10,364 nucleotides of DNA from Bdellovibrionota bacterium (GTDB lineage Bacteria > Bdellovibrionota_C > UBA2361 > OMII01), in NCBI GenBank assembly GCA_044345405.1, contig JBIJBE010000067.1, forward strand, positions 1 through 10,364, given 5' to 3'. Every line of letters starts with the position of its first letter. The stretch's first letter is position 1. Below the pieces are notes generated by a model. That model was not told where the DNA came from. It was given only the letters and a program-made list of their open reading frames with translations, and ran no database searches. Position numbers and translations under genes: made by a program. Positions 1-6,145 of the stretch are shown here, piece after piece.

Positions 1-104
1 ACAGACAACTGATTTCGACCCTCGCTTGACCCATCTCGGCGGTACAAGTAGCGGCTGCCTACTACAGTTCAGCTACTTACAAAAAAGCGATCGATCATCC
101 TATC

Positions 105-362
105 CTTCTCGCGCAGAAAGGGTTCCGAGTTGAGGTGGAGAACGGCACCGATTCCTTCAACAAGAAGATCCGAAACGCCGTGACCAGCAAGATCCCCAAC
201 ATCGTCATCATCGGCAACAAAGAAGTCGAGGAAGGGACGATTACCCTTCGTCGCTACTGCGTGAAGGAACAAGCCACGATGCCGCAAGGGGATTTCGTCG
301 CTCGACTCGAGCGGCTAAACCGAGAGCGCGTCATGGACAACTTCGCGGACACTGCCACATAG
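105..362 (+). pseudogene. thrS: 3' fragment of threonyl-tRNA synthetase (C-terminal anticodon-binding domain), disconnected from the catalytic domain
   Basis: The translation LAQKGFRVEVENGTDSFNKKIRNAVTSKIPNIVIIGNKEVEEGTITLRR matches the ThrRS anticodon-binding domain pattern (G-I/F-R-V-E-V..., KKIR.A...K.P...I.G.KE.E.GT.+.R). An in-frame TGA lies at 27-29, and the other two + frames upstream are not ThrRS-like. The domain identity is confident; the pseudogene status and the left boundary are inferred. Confidence 0.75.
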
Positions 363-1277
363 TCACTTCGGCGACTCGAGCTTTTCAGTCGGGCAGAGGC
401 GCGCTCGCTGAAATCGCTGCATGACGAGGAAGGTGATTGCTCCGGTAACGGCGTAACTTGAGAGCCTCATGACGTCGACTAAGAGCCCCTGAGCCACGGC
501 GTTTTGAGTCAGTTTTGACGCCGTCTCGACGAGGGTACTTTGACTGATGGCGGACATCGTCACCATCATCGGCGCTATCATGACGGACATCTCAGCGACT
601 TGACGGAACAACCGACGAACTGGCGCGAGCGACAGCCTCGAGACTTCAGCATCGGGTCGTAATGTGACCTGATATCCGAAACGATTAGTCCGGGACTCTT
701 TCGATAGATCCGTGCTTATGAGGCTCGTCACGAACCTATCTAAACGAGAAACCGGACTCAACGAAATAGTTACTCGCGTTGCCACTCCGCCTATCGAGCA
801 AGACATCTCACGCTTCCACGACGCCTCTTGCGGTCGTTTGAGATCGATTTGTGTCGCCTCGTCGCTGATTCTTTTAAGCTCGGCGATCGCCTCGCGATCA
901 CCCCCCATCTGTTTGCGTAAAATCAGTTCACAGACCTTAAAGGCCTCTTTACTTGGCGTGAAACCCTCAAGTATTCGGTATTTCTCTATGCACGTAGGAA
1001 GCTTGCTCGCATGATCCTTCAAACTCTGCAGCGTCGCCCGAACATCCGTATTGAGCACATGAATATTTGGTCCTCCTACCGAGAAACGGGCTACGATACC
1101 GTCCGCTAACTTCTCGCCAAGGAAGATGTTTCCAAGGGTGCTACTCGGGGCTTTGAGAGCTGAAAAAACACCTCCACTCGAGGAGCACTCGGTCGTCCTA
1201 GGTTCGACACTTTGGGCAGCGGCGCGCTCTGCGTCCGGTGGCTGTACCCCTGTTGTTCGAGTGTCGATCTGTCCCAT
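363..1277 (-). CDS. Hypothetical protein (304 aa) with a low-complexity N-terminus and one or two hydrophobic segments near the C-terminus
   Basis: Long ORF with an ATG start. Hydrophobic stretches are VAEMSVMIAPMMVTMSAI and LSSYAVTGAITFLVM. No family motif was recognised. Its stop codon directly abuts the stop of the thrS fragment. Confidence 0.7.
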   Translation of the reverse strand: MGQIDTRTTGVQPPDAERAAAQSVEPRTTECSSSGGVFSALKAPSSTLGNIFLGEKLADGIVARFSVGGPNIHVLNTDVRATLQSLKDHASKLPTCIEKYRILEGFTPSKEAFKVCELILRKQMGGDREAIAELKRISDEATQIDLKRPQEASWKREMSCSIGGVATRVTISLSPVSRLDRFVTSLISTDLSKESRTNRFGYQVTLRPDAEVSRLSLAPVRRLFRQVAEMSVMIAPMMVTMSAISQSTLVETASKLTQNAVAQGLLVDVMRLSSYAVTGAITFLVMQRFQRARLCPTEKLESPK

Positions 1278-1635
1278 GTAGTCGATATGAAAGAAACGAC
1301 AGGACGCGTCTCAGAATATCCACTGGAATAAGTCCTGGCTTGCCTCACTAATTAGACTTACGCCACAACCTATGATACCTAAACCGACCTATCCATACTC
1401 ATACCGACAGCTACCATCGAATTATAGGGGTGATTTACCCCAATTCGGTCAGCTCGCCCACTTTGTAATCTTTAAGTGTCTTCTAGGTCCTCACCCCTGG
1501 TCGCCTAGACGCAAAAACGGTAAAGATCATTCCCAATACGGGTAGATGAGTGATGACAACGTCTCACGGCTAACAGCACACAAAGCGCTGTAAGTCGTGG
1601 TGATGACGTTTCGTTGGTTCTAATGGGTTTTACCC

Positions 1636-1642
1636 AAGGAGA
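1636..1642 (+). promoter_or_regulatory. Shine-Dalgarno site of the 1649 ORF
   Basis: AAGGAGA lies 6 nt upstream of the ATG at 1649. Confidence 0.7.
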
Positions 1643-1648
1643 AACATC

Positions 1649-2131
1649 ATGCACAAGCCTGACCAGGTCTGTCGGGTGTGTCAGCAACCCTCACCAATCT
1701 CAAGTTTTGGAGAAGTCTGCTCGAATGAATGCGCTGAGCGTCTTTCGGAGACGGAGTACTATGAACTTGAGCTAGTGGAGGCGGTTGCGGAACTGAGCGG
1801 GTTTGAGGAGGGAGTTTACCTTCCATTATTCCTCAAACTCGCGCGTGCCGAGGCCCAGTTGAAGTTCCTTGAGAACGGTATGCGTAACATCTCGCGGAGT
1901 GACCACATGGCCGCTACACCGAGCGACTCGCTCGAGGTTCGGGAGTGGAAAAAAGCTCAGCGGGAGCACGACACTTGGGCACTGTCTCTCGTAAAGAGTC
2001 CTTTGCGACGATTGCGGAAAAAAGTGCGCCAACTCGAGGAACAACTACGAGAGATTGACCAACGGTGGCAATCTCTCTCTGCCCAGAAGGAGGCCACGCT
2101 TGAGAAATTGAGCAAGGCGCGTGGAGACTAG
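1649..2131 (+). CDS. Hypothetical protein (160 aa) with an N-terminal C4 zinc-ribbon-like motif followed by a coiled coil
   Basis: Good RBS. The motif CRVC-x12-CSNEC is followed by a heptad-like charged helical C-terminus (LRRLRKKVRQLEEQLREIDQRWQSL). Confidence 0.8.
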   Translation: MHKPDQVCRVCQQPSPISSFGEVCSNECAERLSETEYYELELVEAVAELSGFEEGVYLPLFLKLARAEAQLKFLENGMRNISRSDHMAATPSDSLEVREWKKAQREHDTWALSLVKSPLRRLRKKVRQLEEQLREIDQRWQSLSAQKEATLEKLSKARGD

Positions 2132-2150
2132 GGATGTTTTGTGAAGTTCT

Positions 2151-2214
2151 GAGTGGGAACCGACACGCGTTGGTGACTACCTCACCGGTTTATCCAACGC
2201 GCGTCATCCCACTC
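2151..2214. other. Long imperfect inverted repeat / stem-loop
   Basis: GAGTGGGA (2151-2158) pairs with TCCCACTC (2207-2214), GAC (2162-2164) with GTC (2203-2205), and CGCGTTGG (2166-2173) with CCAACGCG (2194-2201). It starts 20 nt after the stop of the 1649 ORF and has no long U-tract. Confidence 0.7.
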
Positions 2215-2344
2215 CATAGTTTCCGCGGCAAGACTGCGATACTCACTACCGCCACACCGCCCGACCTTTCCACCCGATCCTCTTCGTTGTGTTGAATCGC
2301 CGCGTTAAAGGCAATCGCAGGGACCAACTCGACACCTCAAACCT

Positions 2345-2406
2345 GCCTCCCTGGTACAACCTACTTTGAAACCCCGCCTCCCTGGTACAACCTACTTTGA
2401 AACCCC
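2345..2406 (-). repeat. Left tandem repeat array of the HUH transposase element: 2 identical 31-bp units
   Basis: GCCTCCCTGGTACAACCTACTTTGAAACCCC occurs at 2345-2375 and 2376-2406. A partial unit (AAACCT, 2339-2344) precedes it and a degenerate inner copy (CCAGGACCATACTTTT, 2405-2420) follows. Confidence 0.95.
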
Positions 2407-2590
2407 AGGACCATACTTTTCCTTGATGAACCGAAGCAAACTAAGAGGAGACGCGCTTTAATTGCAGTTTTTAACAATAGACAGATCGAGAAGTGCGGAA
2501 ATCTATTGGTGAACACCGGCGAACTGTGGAGACGGACGGTTAGTTCGAACTTGCACTCTATGGAGAAAAAATAAAGCTTTTGGAGGCCAT

Positions 2591-3589
2591 TTAACCTGAC
2601 AACGGGAAAGCAAAGCCGGGGGGAAACCAAGGAATAAAAGTACCCGGCGGCCAATCGACGCGGATGCCAGCCTTAGCCTTGCGGTAACACTCCTTGCAGC
2701 GAGCGATGGTAAGTCGAAACGATTCAAGAAGTGATAGCCGTAGCTCTTTGTCGCTACAGATAACAAAGATCTTTCGCTCCTTTTTCTTCGGCTTGTGAGG
2801 CTTCATGTAGGGAGTTCGCTGTAAAGCCTCTCGAGAGGCACTCTTGGTGTGAGACTTAGCCCGAGCTACAGCGTTAGCGCGCTCTTTCTCCCTTACTCGA
2901 GCTATAATTCTTTGGCGAATCCGTTCAATCTCTTGAGGGGTCGTTATTCCAAAGGTCTCTAACCATTTAAAGGGCTTGATAACGAGCGGGTGCCGTACCG
3001 CTTTCTCAGAGTCTCTAAGCTCTCGATAGAGAGCCTCGTCTTGCCGTTGAGATAAAAGGCGCTTATTTGGGATCTGAGGGATCTCAGAAACGGGATACCA
3101 CCGAGCTTCAATTTCCACTTCAGTGTCAATTGATGGGGCGGAATCTTTAAATGCGGCCCAAGAGCTGAGGCCGGGATACTGATCAATGGATTCACAGAGT
3201 CCAGCATTGGACGGGTTACAATAGATGTAGACTACCCGCTCAATCGCATCCTCTAGTGTGGCGATATAAAGCACCCCTGTTCTCTTCTCCCATAGAGAGA
3301 GAGAGGAAAGCCCAAGAAGAGCTTTGACAGCATCGGTAGTCTTCTTTTTGAGTTCCATGTGAAACTTGCTTAGGTTTTCCTCCGTGATTGACACGGCCAT
3401 GGAGTGACTGTGACTATTCATGTCGACGAAATGACAGAGCTCCACCTTGTTGTCTCTCTGCGTCCTTCCGAGAATGCCTAAACGGATCTCGTTAGAGGTT
3501 TGGGTCGGGGGCATAGGAAGAGAGTCCTTCGCTCGAGGGACAATCTCATAAACCGATTTATTTGAATAAGTGCGGCAGTTTCGTGGCAT
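2591..3589 (-). CDS. REP-associated tyrosine transposase-like protein (RAYT/TnpA(REP), HUH Y1 superfamily) with a long basic C-terminal extension
   Basis: The N-terminus reads MPR..R....VYEIVPR. The HUH-like motif is HFVDMNSHSH (H60/H62), followed by LWEKR and the catalytic Tyr motif VVYIYCNPSNAGL (Y121), then DQYPGLSSW. This is the motif order of RAYT/IS200-like Y1 transposases. Confidence 0.85.
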   Translation of the reverse strand: MPRNCRTYSNKSVYEIVPRAKDSLPMPPTQTSNEIRLGILGRTQRDNKVELCHFVDMNSHSHSMAVSITEENLSKFHMELKKKTTDAVKALLGLSSLSLWEKRTGVLYIATLEDAIERVVYIYCNPSNAGLCESIDQYPGLSSWAAFKDSAPSIDTEVEIEARWYPVSEIPQIPNKRLLSQRQDEALYRELRDSEKAVRHPLVIKPFKWLETFGITTPQEIERIRQRIIARVREKERANAVARAKSHTKSASREALQRTPYMKPHKPKKKERKIFVICSDKELRLSLLESFRLTIARCKECYRKAKAGIRVDWPPGTFIPWFPPGFAFPLSG

Positions 3590-3627
3590 ACCGACGTATC
3601 GCCGCGCCCGTCTGGAAGTTGCGTGAA

Positions 3628-3668
3628 AAAGTTGGGTGTTCCAGGGAACGGCGAAAGTACCGTGTACC
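3628..3668 (+). repeat. Inner part of the right repeat array (one degenerate unit plus the first 18 bp of the unit interrupted by IS4)
   Basis: AAAGTTGGGTGTTCCAGGGAACG (3628-3650) differs at 4 of 23 positions from AAAGTACGGTGTACCAGGGAGCG. GCGAAAGTACCGTGTACC (3651-3668) is completed by AGTGAGCG at 5093-5100 once the IS is removed. Confidence 0.9.
3659..3668 (+). repeat. IS4 target-site duplication, left copy (ACCGTGTACC)
   Basis: The identical 10-mer at 5083-5092 immediately flanks the other inverted repeat. Confidence 0.92.
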
Positions 3669-5082
3669 CACGGCCATTAAGTTAAGCTCCAACCTGCCTA
3701 AAACACGGCTTTTCTAGCGAATTTCTGGAAGTGCAAACTCTTGGCGTTTGATTTCAAGGACAGTCGTTCCTTGTCTTTGAATCTATCGGGACGTTGCAAG
3801 GTGGGGCTGATCATGAACAATCGCCTTACCCGATCCTCAAAGTCTGGCGGTGGATCAAACATGAGTAGGATGATGGAATCTTTGATGGCGTGAAAGGAGA
3901 TGGCTTTGTTCACCTGCTGTCGATATCGTGTTCTCTTAGACGCCAGTTCGCCATTTACTTCCGCAGACAGTATTGTCTCCAAACCACTCACGAAGAGGGT
4001 GGAGAAGAAATCTTGCTTGATAGCCTCAACTGTTCTGCCCGTGAAGTTATCAATGGCAAGACGACTCTTAATAGCTTGAAAGAACGTCTCGATTCTCCAT
4101 CGCTTGTAGTAGAGCTTTTTGAAATCTTTTAGTGGGTATCGTTTTTGATCGAGAAGCGATGTCGCTAAGACCTCTACTTCCCCATCCCCGAGGACGATCC
4201 TAAGAAATCTCATGTGCAAACTATGCGGCAGCTCCGCGTCGTCATTGAACCGAGCCGGACGTTCAACTTCAGCGACAATATCGTTGCGAGTGGCATCGGT
4301 GAATAGTTGATGATAGCTCGCATAGGTTTTCTCCTTGATGCGAACGATAAAATCAGCTTTTCGTGCCGTTATTTCAGCAAAAAAAGCGTATGAACCGAAA
4401 CCTCGGTCAGCCATGAGAATGTCTCCAGCTTCGAGGATCTCAAGGTGCTGTAATGATGCCATGATATCATTCGTTCTGCCGGGATGAATGCTCCCCACCA
4501 GCGGTATCTCGTTGAGCACATCATACAGGACGGAGACTTTCGCTTCGACGTTGTCACACGCGACTTCCTGACGATCGTTCATATACCGGACCGTGCCGAA
4601 CGATTCGATGAGTTCCTTGCTTGTCGGAAGACGGAGAGTCGATCCATCGATTGCTAATAACCGGTGTCCCTTAAATCGCTTATGACCTCTGTCGTTGTAC
4701 ATTGGCTTCACCACGCACTCTTCAAGGAGTTCGATAAAAGCCGTATATCGAAATTTCTGACGAGCCTGGCTAAGGGCGCTCGCTGAGATGTACTCGTCAG
4801 CGTCGCGACACCACTCGTTCAATACGCGCTGGAGGGATTTGACGCTTTTTCTCAGCAGGAGGGTTAGCACTGTCGCGAAAGGGAGTTTGCGTTGTCTGGT
4901 AAAACTTCTCTCATCTCTTCGATGTCTTCGCAGGAATGTAGCGGAATCAGTTATAGTGGTGAAGGTTTTTAAAGTAGGCAGCATTTTTTATTTGCTGCGC
5001 GTCTACTCCATTCCATTAGCCAGGATAACTCTATGGTATCGCAAAACTTCTCGGTTAGATACTCCTTAACTTAATGGCCGTG
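3669..5082 (-). mobile_element. Complete IS4-family insertion sequence (1414 bp)
   Basis: Perfect 18-bp terminal inverted repeats CACGGCCATTAAGTTAAG (3669-3686) and CTTAACTTAATGGCCGTG (5065-5082), a 10-bp direct target duplication, and a single DDE transposase ORF. Confidence 0.95.
3698..4984 (-). CDS. IS4-family DDE transposase (428 aa)
   Basis: Motifs FTRQRKLPF, SALSQAR, LLAIDGS (D), MADRGF (D), and the YREK-type YYKRWRIETFFQAIK (E). Confidence 0.95.
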   Translation of the reverse strand: MLPTLKTFTTITDSATFLRRHRRDERSFTRQRKLPFATVLTLLLRKSVKSLQRVLNEWCRDADEYISASALSQARQKFRYTAFIELLEECVVKPMYNDRGHKRFKGHRLLAIDGSTLRLPTSKELIESFGTVRYMNDRQEVACDNVEAKVSVLYDVLNEIPLVGSIHPGRTNDIMASLQHLEILEAGDILMADRGFGSYAFFAEITARKADFIVRIKEKTYASYHQLFTDATRNDIVAEVERPARFNDDAELPHSLHMRFLRIVLGDGEVEVLATSLLDQKRYPLKDFKKLYYKRWRIETFFQAIKSRLAIDNFTGRTVEAIKQDFFSTLFVSGLETILSAEVNGELASKRTRYRQQVNKAISFHAIKDSIILLMFDPPPDFEDRVRRLFMISPTLQRPDRFKDKERLSLKSNAKSLHFQKFARKAVF

Positions 5083-5897
5083 ACCGTGTACCAGTGAGCG
5101 GGACCAGGGAGCGGGGCGAAAATACGGTGTACCAGGGAGCGGGCGAAAGTACCGTGTACCAGTGAGCGACCAGTGAGCGGGGCGAAAGTACGGTGTACCA
5201 GGGAGCGGAGCGCAACTCCCGGAACTCGGAGTTGCGAAGACTGACGCCCCGAATCGTGAGTACCGCAGCTAGCGGTCGCAAACGCATAAGAGGATGCGTG
5301 AATCGCTCGTCCGTCCACACCGTTTCCGTGCAAAGACTCCGCGAGAGAAGCCCTCGCGACGACGACCCGATCAGGGGCCCGGCGATTCAGGTGAGAGAGC
5401 GCTATCTCTAGCTGAGGAACACTTCCATCTTGATAGATCGTTCCGGCAACCGGAAATTCGATTCGTTCCCCTCTCTCTCCCAGGTGTCGACGAAAACCAA
5501 CTCCTCGCAACAAGACGGGTCGCTGAGCGATATCATTAACGCTCTGATTCGGCAGCTCTCTCCGTATCAATCGAGTATCCTCCGCCTCGGAGAATACCAG
5601 GCTTACAACACCATAGCCTTTTACCACGACAGACACGTTGATTGGGGCTATGCGCACTGTACAGTCTCTGTTCGGACACTCTCCATCCTTCAGAAGAAAA
5701 GGGAGCCTACGCAGTGAAAGAAGATCCCCTCGAATGGTCACGTTCGGCGAAAAAGACGCCGGCAGCGCTTCAGCGTAACCACACTGCAGAGCACATAGGG
5801 AGATGGCCAACGTTGTCATCCACCCTGAGATCTGTCGTCGATGAAACGTGCGCGGTTTGAAAAACATGAGGTCCGGGAAAAAGACGCTATACGCCAT
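5055..5897 (-). pseudogene. Probably 3'-truncated gene for a secreted protein; possibly the pro-region of a zinc metalloprotease
   Basis: Signal-peptide-like segment (WMTTLAISLCALQCGYAEA-LP), with an alternative start at ATG 5867. The last ~50 codons translate the repeat array and the IS4 end, and the stop lies inside the IS. A CGT motif just before the break resembles a cysteine switch, but no HExxH is present, so the function is speculative. Confidence 0.55.
5083..5207 (+). repeat. Outer part of the right repeat array: 26-bp units GCGAAA(G/A)TAC(C/G)GTGTACCAG(T/G)GAGCG with interspersed half-units
   Basis: Full units at 5116-5141, 5143-5168 and 5182-5207. Half-units ACCAG(G/T)GAGCGGG at 5103-5115 and 5169-5181. 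Positions 5083-5092 are the right copy of the IS4 target duplication. Confidence 0.95.
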
Positions 5898-6145
5898 GGT
5901 ATATAACGGCGACTAGCCATGGCACCATGAGGTTTTACGGCGCACTCAGTCCGATCCCGCATCCCAGAGGATCCCGATAATCCCCTGAAACAACTACGAG
6001 GGCTCTATTAAAAGAAATTTCGAGAGCTCCGCGTCTTCGTGACCAATACCTACTCGTAGCAACACATGAAACGCGGAATCCCCCCCCTGGAAGTCGCCTA
6101 CACCTACAGCGTCTGTTATGCTTTCGCTTTGAGGATATCACAGTC

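Larger units (their letters stand above)
2345..5207 (-). mobile_element. Putative HUH (RAYT-like) transposase element bounded by inverted tandem-repeat arrays, about 1.44 kb without the nested IS4
   Basis: The transposase gene is flanked on both sides by related repeat arrays in opposite orientation. The exact ends and the mobility of the unit are inferred. Confidence 0.6.

Noticed and set aside
27-29. TGA recoding (alternative genetic code or selenocysteine) rescuing thrS
   Set aside because: The sequence around the TGA is not convincingly ThrRS-like, the long ORFs are open under the standard code, and the 304-aa ORF appears to end in TGA.
2361-2766. Short ORFs 2361-2654 and 2503-2766 (-) as cargo genes
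   Set aside because: They overlap the transposase 3' end and the repeat array in other frames and show no recognisable motifs.
2591-3589. IS200/IS605 element with a TnpB/IscB RNA-guided nuclease
   Set aside because: No RuvC or HNH motifs are visible in the C-terminal extension or neighbouring ORFs, and the motifs fit RAYT-like proteins better.
5083-5207. CRISPR array interpretation of the repeats (also 2345-2406)
   Set aside because: The units are adjacent or separated only by repeat-derived half-units. There are no unique spacers of constant length and no cas genes in the window.
2325-5218. CAACTC on both sides of the HUH element (2325-2330 and 5213-5218) as a target duplication
   Set aside because: It is only 6 bp, not symmetrically adjacent to the arrays, and HUH transposases are not known to create target duplications.
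3590-5897. Ancestral in-frame fusion of the secreted-protein ORF to the HUH transposase before IS4 insertion
   Set aside because: After removing the IS, the reading frame crosses the transposase ATG out of frame (GTA TGC), so there is no fusion.
5894-5930. Three CCATG copies around TGGTATATAAC as an operator or extended -10 promoter
   Set aside because: The motifs are too short, and no matching -35 or nearby start could be assigned with confidence.
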